Assembly: GCA_005879985.1 (NCBI GenBank)
Contig: VBIA01000173.1
Span: 1,562-65,561, forward strand
DNA length: 64,000 bases
Reading direction: 5' to 3'
Origin: Chloroflexota bacterium
GTDB taxonomy: Bacteria > Chloroflexota > Dormibacteria > Dormibacterales > Dormibacteraceae
Positions 56,554-64,000 of this stretch are shown here, piece by piece. The position numbers and the translations under genes were made by a program. Numbering within the stretch: position 1 is the stretch's first letter; every line of letters begins with the position of its first letter. The notes beneath the pieces are model-generated. The model saw only the letters and a list, made by a program, of their open reading frames with translations, had not been told where the DNA came from and ran no database searches.

Positions 56554-58137
56554 GTGGCCCGGATCCTGGTCGCTGATCCCCTGGCCGAGGACGGCCTCGC
56601 GCGGCTTCGCCGCGAAGGCGAGGTGACCGTTGCGACGAAGCTCGCCGAGGCGGAGCTGGTGAAGCGCATTCCGGACTACGACGCGCTGGTCGTGCGCAGC
56701 GAGACGAAGGTGACGGCGCCGATCCTCGAAGCCGGCAAGCGCCTGCGAGTGGTAGGTCGCGCCGGAGTCGGTGTCGACAACATCGACGTCGCCGCCGCCA
56801 CGCGTCACGGCATCCTGGTTGTCAACGCGCCGCGCGGCAACATCGTCGCGGCCGCGGAGCACACCATCGCCCTGCTGTTCGCGGTGGCGCGCTGGGTCTC
56901 GCAGGCAGACGCCTCGATCCACGCCGGCGACTGGACGCGCGCGAAATTTCTCGGCGTCGAGGTGCGCGGCAAGACGCTGGGGGTCATCGGTCTCGGCAAC
57001 GTCGGGTCGGAGGTTGCCAAGCGCGCGCATGGACTCGAGATGGACGTCATCGCCTACGACCCGGTCGTCGCGGTCGAGCGCGCCGAGCTCTTCAACGTCG
57101 AGTTGGTCCCGCTCGACGATCTTCTGGAGCGGGCTGATTTCGTCACGGTGCATGTGCCGCTGGTCGAGGCGAACCGCGGCTTGATCGCGGCGCGCGAGCT
57201 GGCGATGATGAAACCGGCGGCCCGCCTCATCAACACCGCGCGTGGCGGCATCGTCGACGAGGCAGCGCTCTACCAGGCGTTGAAAGCGGGGCGCCCGGCC
57301 GCCGCGGCGTTCGACGTGTTCGAGCAGGAGCCGCCGGGCGAGAACCCACTGTTCACGCTGCCGAACTTCGTCGCGACCCCGCACATCGCCGCCTCGACCG
57401 CCGAGGCCCAGGCCTCGGTCGCCTTCGACGTCGCCGAGGAAGTCGCTGCGGTGCTCGCGGGAGAGCTGCCGCGTTACGCGGTCAACGCGCCGGCGCTGCC
57501 GCCGGAGGAGCTCGCGTACCTGCGTCCGTTCGCTCACCTCACGGAGCGCCTCGCGTCGCTGCACTCGCAGCTGTTCGGTGGCCGCGCGGGCGTCATCGAG
57601 CTCGACTTCGAGGGCCAGCTCGCGCAGCACGACACCAACCTCCTGGTCGCCGCAGCGATCAAGGGCGTGATGCAGAACTTCACCGAGGACCGCATCAACG
57701 CCGTCAACGCAAGGCTCATCGCGTCGGGGCGCGGCATGAAGATCGTCGAGCGCAAGGCGGCCGCACGCGGCAGCTACACGAGCCTCATCACGGTGCGAAT
57801 GCACGGCCACGAGCTCAGCGGCACCGTGCTGATGGAGGAGCCGCGCGTAGTGCGCATCGACTCGTTCCGCGTCGACCTCATGCCCGAGGGACGTTTCCTG
57901 GTGAGCAGGCATGCGGACCGGCCCGGCATCGTCGGTCGCGTCGGCACGATCCTCGGCGAGCACGACGTCAACATCGCGAGCATGATGGTCGGCCGCGACG
58001 CGCCGCGAGGGAAGGCGATGATGATCCTCGCGATCGACGACCCGGTCGCGGCGCCGCTGCTGGAACGGCTGCAGCAGGTGGATGGCATGGCCGACCTGCA
58101 CTACGTCGAGCTTCGTAACGGAGGCACCGATAGCTGA
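56554..58137 (+). CDS. serA: D-3-phosphoglycerate dehydrogenase (long form with ASB and ACT domains)
   Basis: GRAGVGVDNID, GVIGLGNVGSEVA, NTARGGIVDE, TPHIAAST and the C-terminal ACT domain (DRPGIVGRVGTILG). Confidence 0.92.
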   Translation: MARILVADPLAEDGLARLRREGEVTVATKLAEAELVKRIPDYDALVVRSETKVTAPILEAGKRLRVVGRAGVGVDNIDVAAATRHGILVVNAPRGNIVAAAEHTIALLFAVARWVSQADASIHAGDWTRAKFLGVEVRGKTLGVIGLGNVGSEVAKRAHGLEMDVIAYDPVVAVERAELFNVELVPLDDLLERADFVTVHVPLVEANRGLIAARELAMMKPAARLINTARGGIVDEAALYQALKAGRPAAAAFDVFEQEPPGENPLFTLPNFVATPHIAASTAEAQASVAFDVAEEVAAVLAGELPRYAVNAPALPPEELAYLRPFAHLTERLASLHSQLFGGRAGVIELDFEGQLAQHDTNLLVAAAIKGVMQNFTEDRINAVNARLIASGRGMKIVERKAAARGSYTSLITVRMHGHELSGTVLMEEPRVVRIDSFRVDLMPEGRFLVSRHADRPGIVGRVGTILGEHDVNIASMMVGRDAPRGKAMMILAIDDPVAAPLLERLQQVDGMADLHYVELRNGGTDS

Positions 58138-59275
58138 CGTCCGGGCGCTGCCCGGGATTCGCTACTCCGACACAGCGCACCTGAGCGAGCTGGTCGCGCC
58201 GCCGTATGACGTGATCCCCGACGCGGACATCGCGCGATACCTGGACCGCTCACCGCACAACGTCATCCGCCTCATCCGGCCGGGCCACGACTACGACGGC
58301 GCAGCGAGGACTCTCGAGGCCTGGCTGCAGGCCGGAACGCTGCGCGCGGACGACCCCTCGATGTACGTGCACGAGGTGGACCTGGGTGACGGCCGCACCC
58401 GCCGCGACCTGCTGGCGGCGCTCCGGCTGGAGCCTTACGAGCGGCGCGTCGTCCTGCCGCACGAGCGCACGCACCGCGGTCCCAAAGAGGACCGCCTCGC
58501 GCTGATGCGCGCGACGCGCGCGAGCCTGGAGCCGCTCTGGTTCGTCTACGACGGCGCCGGCAGCGAGCTGAAGCGGCTGCTGGACGGGGCTGTCGAGCGC
58601 CTGCCCGACGTCACCTTCAACGATCCCGAGGGCCTGGCGCAGCGGCTGTGGGTACTGCCGCGCGGCGCATGGAGCGACGCGGTCACAGCCGAGCTGGTCC
58701 CACTGCAGCTCCTCATCGTTGACGGCCATCACCGCTACGAGACCGCCGTGGCCTACGCGGAAGAGGCGGGCGGGCCGCCGGACGCGGCCACGCGCTTCAC
58801 GCTCGCTCTGCTCACGGACATCGACGACCCGGGTCTCGACGTGCTGCCCACGCATCGGGTCATGAAGGCGGGCATCGCCGTCACCGGCGGGGAGCCCAAA
58901 GAAAGCCTGGAGGAGACGCTGACGTCGATCCGCGGCCAGGTCGCGGCGGGCGTCTACCGCGACGGGCGCTTCCAGGTGCTGCCGCTGGAAGGCGAGGTCG
59001 CGGTCGTCGAGCTGCACCGCCAGGTCATCGACAACATCCTCGGGCGGCGCAGCGCCGAGGATTTCCTGCTCTATACCCGCGACGCCAAGGAGGCGGTCAG
59101 GTTGGTCGACGACGGCGCGGGCGTCAACGCGTTCTTCCTCAACGCACCCGACGTCCGGCAGGTTTTGAAGCTGGCCGCCGATGGAAGAACGTTTCCACAG
59201 AAGAGCACTTATTTCCACCCCAAGCCGCCGTCGGGGATGGTTATCCATCGGCTCGCGGCAGACCTGACCCTATAG
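58082..59275 (+). CDS. DUF1015 domain protein; start uncertain
   Basis: VRALPGIRYS..., APPYDVI, IVDGHHRYETA and QKSTYFHPKPPSG are DUF1015 hallmarks. Family-like sequence starts at IADVRAL (an ATA at 58130 follows GGAGG). The ATG at 58082 would overlap serA by 56 nt. Confidence 0.8.
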   Translation: MAWPTCTTSSFVTEAPIADVRALPGIRYSDTAHLSELVAPPYDVIPDADIARYLDRSPHNVIRLIRPGHDYDGAARTLEAWLQAGTLRADDPSMYVHEVDLGDGRTRRDLLAALRLEPYERRVVLPHERTHRGPKEDRLALMRATRASLEPLWFVYDGAGSELKRLLDGAVERLPDVTFNDPEGLAQRLWVLPRGAWSDAVTAELVPLQLLIVDGHHRYETAVAYAEEAGGPPDAATRFTLALLTDIDDPGLDVLPTHRVMKAGIAVTGGEPKESLEETLTSIRGQVAAGVYRDGRFQVLPLEGEVAVVELHRQVIDNILGRRSAEDFLLYTRDAKEAVRLVDDGAGVNAFFLNAPDVRQVLKLAADGRTFPQKSTYFHPKPPSGMVIHRLAADLTL

Positions 59276-59292
59276 TAGGAAGCCCCACAGAG

Positions 59293-59607
59293 ATGCCCAT
59301 ATACGGATACCGGTGCAGGAGCTGCGGACACGAGTTCGAAGTCCTGCAGAAAATGTCGGACGCATCGCTAAAGACCTGTCCGAAGTGCTCCGGCCAGCTG
59401 GCGAAGATCGTCTACCCGGCCGGCATCGTCTACAAGGGCAGCGGTTACTACAGCACCGACTACAAGAGCGGCGGCAAGGCCGCTTCCGCAGCTTCCGGCA
59501 ACGGGGCCAAGAGCGACTCCGACAGCTCCTCCGGCGCCGACACCAAGCCCGCCAAGACCGAGACGAAGTCGGAATCGAAGGCGTCCGATTCGAGTTCTAG
59601 TGAATAG
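59293..59607 (+). CDS. FmdB-family zinc-ribbon protein
   Basis: MPIYGYRCRSCGHEFEVLQKMSD...CPKCSG, followed by a low-complexity Ser/Lys tail. Confidence 0.85.
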   Translation: MPIYGYRCRSCGHEFEVLQKMSDASLKTCPKCSGQLAKIVYPAGIVYKGSGYYSTDYKSGGKAASAASGNGAKSDSDSSSGADTKPAKTETKSESKASDSSSSE

Positions 59608-59619
59608 GAAGAGGGTTTG

Positions 59620-59949
59620 ATGTCAGACATCCAGACGGTTACAGACAACGACTTCGAAACGGCGGTGCTGAAATCCGACAAGCCGGTGCTCGTCGACTTC
59701 TGGGCAACCTGGTGCGGACCGTGCCGCATGATCGCGCCGATCGTCGAGCAGATCCATGGTGAGCTGGGCGACAAGATCAAGGTCCTGAAGATGGACATCG
59801 ATCAGAACCCGGCGACGCCGATGCAGCTCGGGATCATGTCGATCCCGACGGTGATCATCTTCAAGAACGGCAAGCCGGCGGAGCGGACTGTCGGTTATCG
59901 CCCCAACATGAAGGGCGACCTGAAGGCCAAGCTCGAAGCGCTGATCTAG
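59620..59949 (+). CDS. trxA: Thioredoxin
   Basis: VLVDFWATWCGPCRMIAP active site and MSIPTVIIFKNGK. A TTG at 59617 is an alternative start. Confidence 0.93.
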   Translation: MSDIQTVTDNDFETAVLKSDKPVLVDFWATWCGPCRMIAPIVEQIHGELGDKIKVLKMDIDQNPATPMQLGIMSIPTVIIFKNGKPAERTVGYRPNMKGDLKAKLEALI

Positions 59950-59960
59950 GGTTCTTCGCC

Positions 59961-60572
59961 GTGGCGCCGTTTTACAGCGGCGACGCGGCCGCGCGCGTCC
60001 TGTACGAGCTGGTCCTGGTGGCGTGGCTCGGCAGCGAGTTGTGGCACGGCCTTGGCGTGTTCGCGCGGCGCGTGCGCGCCGGGGACGGCGTGGCCGGCTT
60101 CAGGCAGGACCGGTTTTCGGGACCGGCCCTGATCCTGGGAATCGCGCTGGCCATCGGCCTAGGCATCAGGGCGGCCGTGTTCGTGCCCCAGGCGGCGATC
60201 ACCGTCCTGCGGCCGGAGATCTTTGGGGTCGGGCTCGTGCTGGCGCTGGCAGGAATCGCATACCGCTGGTACGCGATCGCCAGGCTCGGCCGGTTCTTCA
60301 ACACGCGGGTGACGGTCACGTCTGACCAGGTGGTGGTCGACACCGGGCCTTACCGGTTGGTCCGGCATCCGAGCTACAGCGGCGCGCTGCTCACGCTCTT
60401 TGGAATTCTGTTGGCGTCGACCAACTTGCTGTCGCTGGCGTGCTTTCTCCTGGCCCTACCCGGCATGGCGTATCGGATCTCGGTCGAGGAGGAGGCATTG
60501 ACCGTCGGCCTCGGTCAGCCGTACCGCGATTACATGCAACGCACCAAGCGACTCATCCCCTTCGTCCTTTAG
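59961..60572 (+). CDS. Isoprenylcysteine carboxyl methyltransferase (ICMT/PEMT) family membrane protein
   Basis: Multi-TM protein with TGPYRLVRHPSYSGALL and EEEAL motifs. Confidence 0.75.
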   Translation: MAPFYSGDAAARVLYELVLVAWLGSELWHGLGVFARRVRAGDGVAGFRQDRFSGPALILGIALAIGLGIRAAVFVPQAAITVLRPEIFGVGLVLALAGIAYRWYAIARLGRFFNTRVTVTSDQVVVDTGPYRLVRHPSYSGALLTLFGILLASTNLLSLACFLLALPGMAYRISVEEEALTVGLGQPYRDYMQRTKRLIPFVL

Positions 60573-60599
60573 AAAGTCGGCGGCCTAGGATTGGCCGAC

Positions 60600-60699
60600 G
60601 GGGATGTTCGGGGGCTGGTGCCTCCCGCGGTCTTCAAAACCGTCTGCGGGGCGCTGCTGAGGCGTCCTGGGTGGGTTCGATTCCCATCCATCCCCGCCA
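60600..60699 (+). tRNA. selC: tRNA-Sec (anticodon UCA)
   Basis: Hand fold. Acceptor GGGGATG(T)/(C)CATCCCC plus discriminator G and encoded CCA. A 6-bp D stem (GGGGGC/GCCTCC) with the 4-nt loop TGGT. Anticodon loop CTTCAAA, with TCA at 60634-60636. A long variable arm (8-bp stem, 60647-60669). T arm GTGGG-TTCGATT-CCCAT. Confidence 0.85.
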
Positions 60700-60773
60700 G
60701 CCCGGTCCGGCCCCACCGATGAATCTGGGCTCGGACGCACGTCTTACGTGTAGATCAGAAGGGAGGCTGTGAC

Positions 60774-61322
60774 ATGGGCAAGATCGTCGTTCACGAGTTC
60801 ATCTCCCTCGATGGAGTCGTCGAGGACCCGACGTTCACCTTTGACTACCCATTCGTTCCGATGATGGGCGACGCCATCGCGCAGGCGATGGGGTCATGCA
60901 AGGCGATCTTGCTGGGACGTCGCACGTTCGAGATGTTCGCGCCCGCCTGGTCGAAGCGCACGGCCGCCGAAGACCCCGGCGCCCCTTTCATGAACGATTC
61001 TCCGAAGTACGTGGTCTCGAGCACCCTGAAGAACGGCGATATCTGGAAGAACTCGGAGATCATTGGTGCTTACAACGCCGACACCATCCGCGCCCTCAAG
61101 GAGAGCGTGGACGGCGGCATCTACGTCAGCGGCAGTGGGACGCTCGTCCGCGCATTGCTCGCGGACGGGCTGGTGGACGAGCTCCATCTATTTATCTATC
61201 CCGTGGCCCTGGGCAAAGGCGGCCGGCTGTTCGCCGAATCAGGCAACCTCAAGAAGTTCACCATGGTCCGCTCCGAAGCCTTCGAGAACGGAGTCCTGTT
61301 GGCGGTTTACAAGACGACCTAG
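60774..61322 (+). CDS. Dihydrofolate reductase family protein (RibD C-terminal domain-like)
   Basis: MGKIVVHEFISLDGVVE, LLGRRTFE, YVVSSTL, YVSGSGTLVRALL and DELHLFIYPV. Confidence 0.75.
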   Translation: MGKIVVHEFISLDGVVEDPTFTFDYPFVPMMGDAIAQAMGSCKAILLGRRTFEMFAPAWSKRTAAEDPGAPFMNDSPKYVVSSTLKNGDIWKNSEIIGAYNADTIRALKESVDGGIYVSGSGTLVRALLADGLVDELHLFIYPVALGKGGRLFAESGNLKKFTMVRSEAFENGVLLAVYKTT

Positions 61323-61687
61323 CGCTTAGCGCTGTTCTTCGCCACCGCCGCGCGGACGAGCTCTTTCAGCGCCGGCTCGTTGACGCGATCGCCTTTCTTC
61401 AGATCGATAGTTCGCGAAGTCTTGGCGTCAAGGCCGCCGTTGAAAAGGTGATGCGGGTCGGGGAGGCTCGCGCCTTTGAAGAAGTTGATCTTCACCCCCT
61501 CCTTGAAGGCACCCATGGCGACCACATTGCCGTTGGAGCTGAAGACCGGCGTCTCCCACTTCCACTCCTCGGTGAGGCTCGAGTCGGCGGACGTGATGAC
61601 CTTGCGCAGCTTCGACATCATTTCGCCGCGCCAGTCGCCGAGCGACATGATGTGCTGGTCGATGCGGCCCGAAGCGTCACTTGCCAT
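61319..61687 (-). CDS. DUF1801 (YdhG-like) domain protein
   Basis: GDWRGEMMSKLRKVI...EEWKWETPVFSSNGNVVAMGAFKEGVKINFFKGASL pattern. Confidence 0.65.
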   Translation of the reverse strand: MASDASGRIDQHIMSLGDWRGEMMSKLRKVITSADSSLTEEWKWETPVFSSNGNVVAMGAFKEGVKINFFKGASLPDPHHLFNGGLDAKTSRTIDLKKGDRVNEPALKELVRAAVAKNSAKR

Positions 61688-61888
61688 CGCTCTCTTCTAA
61701 ATCATCTTCTTAGACGGCCCGTCTGACAACCTATCCGGCACCTATGACCGAGGCGACCCGCGAGCTCGAACGTTCGATCCGCGGCCTCAACTGGACGTAC
61801 GCGCTGATCGGCGCCGCGAACGCGACCCCGTGAGCCGAAGCTCAGGACGGTAAAAGAGGTCATTCGCGCCGAACCGGTGGCGGCGGCG

Positions 61889-62875
61889 CTAGACGAGTAG
61901 AAGCCGAGTCGCGTTGCCCGCGAAAACGGCAGCACGCCGCTCGTCCGAAGCCTCGCAGGACTCGATATCCGCGATGGTCGCCTCGACGGCGTTGCTGGGC
62001 CCCAACGGCATGTCGGTGCCAAACAGCACGTGGTCGGGGCCGAAGAAGTCCAGCACGCACTGCACCGCATGCGGCGCGCCGAAGAGCGCAGTGTCGGCGT
62101 AGAAGCGCCGGAAGTAGTCGAGGGGCGGCTTCGGCAGCGTGTCCATGACCTGGCGATAGCCGGGACCCATCGCGAGGCGCGCCGAGAAGTGCGGCACCAT
62201 CCCCGCCCCGTGATGCGCCAGCACCTTGAGATCCGGGTGGCGCTCCATCACGCCTGAGTAGACGAGGCGGGACAGCGCCGCCGCGGTCTCGTACGGCCAG
62301 CCCAGCGACCACCACAGCCCGTAATCGGAAGCGACCTCGGTGGGGTAGTCGGTCCAAGTCGCGTTGCGCGTGGGATGGAGCCATGCCGTCGCGCCTAGTT
62401 CTTCGAGGCGAGCGAAGACGGGCTCGAACCGGGGGTTGTCGAGCGGCACGCCGAGCATGTTCGAATAGACCTGGGCGCCCAGCGCACCAAGGTCGGCCAC
62501 GGCTCGATCGAGCTCGCGGAGCGAGGCCTCGGTGTCGTTGAGGGGCAGGGCCGCGGCAAACCCCACAAAGCGATCGTGGTGCGCTCGGACCAGCTCGGCC
62601 ATCTCATCGTTCGCGAGCCGGGCGAACTCGGCCGCCACGTTGGGCGGCCCGATCTCCTCGATGGGCGGCACCGCCAGCACGAGCACCTGCGCGTAGTCGC
62701 CGAACGGCTCGATCGCGCGCCACCTCGCGTCGAGGTCGGTCAGCGCGTCGTCGTAGGTGAAGACGCCCTCGCGGTAGTACCGAAGCTGCCCGGGCGGCAT
62801 CGTGCCGCCGAGGTGCCGCTCGAGCCGGTCGAGGTAGCGGCGCGGAAGGATGTGCGCGAAGGCGTCGATCTTCAG
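61889..62875 (-). CDS. Amidohydrolase 2 family protein (ACMSD-like metal-dependent hydrolase/decarboxylase); probable CTG start
   Basis: WLHP, LAHHGAGMVP and FGTDMP motifs. The family's N-terminal metal motif (KIDAFAHILP) is encoded in frame upstream of the first ATG (62800). The only start-like codon is CTG 62875, 9 nt after GAGGA. Confidence 0.7.
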   Translation of the reverse strand: MKIDAFAHILPRRYLDRLERHLGGTMPPGQLRYYREGVFTYDDALTDLDARWRAIEPFGDYAQVLVLAVPPIEEIGPPNVAAEFARLANDEMAELVRAHHDRFVGFAAALPLNDTEASLRELDRAVADLGALGAQVYSNMLGVPLDNPRFEPVFARLEELGATAWLHPTRNATWTDYPTEVASDYGLWWSLGWPYETAAALSRLVYSGVMERHPDLKVLAHHGAGMVPHFSARLAMGPGYRQVMDTLPKPPLDYFRRFYADTALFGAPHAVQCVLDFFGPDHVLFGTDMPLGPSNAVEATIADIESCEASDERRAAVFAGNATRLLLV

Positions 62876-62889
62876 ATCACAATTTCCTC

Positions 62890-63039
62890 ATGAACTTGAG
62901 CACGCTTGTCCTCATTCTTGCGTTCGTCGTCTTCGTCGCGGCGGCGGTGGGTTGGAAGTGGCGGAAGACGGACCTGATCGCGGTCGGTCTCGCGCTGTTT
63001 GTGCTGGCCAGCCTGATCGGCGGGGTGCATATCGGCTAA
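62890..63039 (+). CDS. Possible small two-TM membrane protein (49 aa)
   Basis: Hand translation gives MNLSTLVLILAFVVFVAAAVGWKWRKTDLIAVGLALFVLASLIGGVHIG. No homology evidence. Confidence 0.3.
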   Translation: MNLSTLVLILAFVVFVAAAVGWKWRKTDLIAVGLALFVLASLIGGVHIG

Positions 63040-63076
63040 AGGCTTGATCCTGTCCTGAGACGTCAGCGGGCGGCGT

Positions 63077-63289
63077 TCACTCGCGCTCCCTCAGCGCGCT
63101 GATGAAATCGCCGAGCCCGCCGAAGAAGTGCTCGAAAGCATCCTGCAGCGAGTTGTGCGGGTGCTCGTCGTCCACGTCTTCCTGGTGGTGGCCGAACGGG
63201 AGGTGGTGGGGCGCATCCACACCGTTGTCCGGTGGGGACCCGGATCGCTTGGGGCCTTGCGGCCGCCGCCGGCGCTTCGAGGCGCCCAT
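63077..63289 (-). CDS. Hypothetical His/Asp-rich small protein (70 aa)
   Basis: ORF only. Confidence 0.25.
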   Translation of the reverse strand: MGASKRRRRPQGPKRSGSPPDNGVDAPHHLPFGHHQEDVDDEHPHNSLQDAFEHFFGGLGDFISALRERE

Positions 63290-63343
63290 CGAAGTGCATT
63301 TTCACCCGTGTCGATCCGGTTGGCGCCACTATCCTTCCACTCG

Positions 63344-64000
63344 ATGAAGTTGGGCCCAGGCGTCCAGGTCGGCCCCTACCAGATCGTCGAGCAGGTAGGG
63401 CGGGGTGGAATGGCCACGGTCTTCAAGGCCTACCAACCGGCCCTGGAGCGCATGGTCGCGCTCAAGGTCCTGCCCGAGGTCCTCGCCGAGGACCCGCAGT
63501 TCCGAGAGCGCTTCCGGCGCGAGGCGGTGGCGATCGCCAAGCTGCGTCATCACAGCATCCTCACCGTCTACGACCACGGCGAGTTCGAAGACCAGCTCTA
63601 CATCGTCACCGAGTTCGTCGAGGGCGGGACCTTCGCCACGGAGCTGGGCAAGCCGCTGGGCGTGCAGCGCTCGACTGCGGTACTGACGTCCATTGCCTCA
63701 GCTCTCGACTACGCGCACAAGCAGGGCGTGCTGCACCGCGACGTGAAGCCTTCCAACATCCTGATCAACAAGGAAGGAGCCGCGGTCCTCGGAGACTTTG
63801 GCCTGGCGCGCATGATGGCGCCGACGGGCGAGCGCCTGACCCGCATCGACATGGTGGTCGGCACTCCCGAGTACATGTCGCCAGAGCAGTGCGCCGGCAG
63901 GGACGCGGGCCCCGCCTCCGACCAGTACTCGCTCGGCGTTGTCGCCTTCGAGGCGCTCACCGGGCACGTCCCGTACGAGGCAGAGACTCCGGCCGCCGTG
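63344..64000 (+). CDS. Hanks-type Ser/Thr protein kinase, 3' end cut by the window edge
   Basis: GRGGMATVFKA, VALKVL, HRDVKPSNILI, DFGLAR and GTPEYMSPEQ. The frame is open to the window end. Confidence 0.9.
   Translation, partial: MKLGPGVQVGPYQIVEQVGRGGMATVFKAYQPALERMVALKVLPEVLAEDPQFRERFRREAVAIAKLRHHSILTVYDHGEFEDQLYIVTEFVEGGTFATELGKPLGVQRSTAVLTSIASALDYAHKQGVLHRDVKPSNILINKEGAAVLGDFGLARMMAPTGERLTRIDMVVGTPEYMSPEQCAGRDAGPASDQYSLGVVAFEALTGHVPYEAETPAAV

Noticed and set aside
56545-59248. Long minus-strand ORFs (518 aa and 332 aa) opposite serA and DUF1015
   Set aside because: They are Arg/Asp/His-rich shadow frames antisense to genes with strong motifs.
60700-63340. Genomic island integrated at tRNA-Sec
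   Set aside because: The genes downstream look accessory. However, I saw no integrase, no direct repeat of the tRNA 3' end and no clear GC shift, so there is not enough evidence.

Overview
High-GC bacterial chromosomal window (roughly two-thirds G+C by eye) centred on the replication-origin neighbourhood. dnaA-dnaN-recF-DUF721 and a UvrD-type helicase/nuclease run on the minus strand. They diverge from rpmH-rnpA-yidD-yidC-jag on the plus strand, and perfect DnaA boxes sit in the dnaA-rpmH spacer. The rest is mostly housekeeping: M16 peptidase, lepB, parBA, an NfeD-SPFH-CPBP membrane operon, gcvT-H-PA-PB, gyrB-plsX-fabF-gyrA, an EF-G paralogue, rpsF-ssb-rpsR, a serC-like/serA/DUF1015 cluster and trxA. 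It also holds a dense two-component/c-di-GMP signalling block (29-37 kb, partly in a lower-GC island), several unusual domain fusions (7TM-HD-GYP-MFS, GT87-GT2, HTH-M24 peptidase), a PHP-PfkB-macro operon and a tRNA-Sec gene. No transposase, integrase, phage genes or CRISPR array were seen. The main oddities are three. (1) Six conserved genes (gyrB, gcvPB, the helicase-nuclease, a glpA-like gene, dnaN, gyrA) each lack a 20-40-residue conserved block at one point, four of them with a frameshift; this suggests assembly or gap-collapse artefacts, or much less likely real decay. (2) A dispersed hairpin plus G-tract (G-quadruplex-like) repeat family has four copies, one lying in frame inside a coding linker. 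(3) Several genes appear to use non-canonical CTG starts in CTGA stop/start overlaps. All calls rest on reading the ORF translations and the nucleotide sequence by eye; no database search was run.
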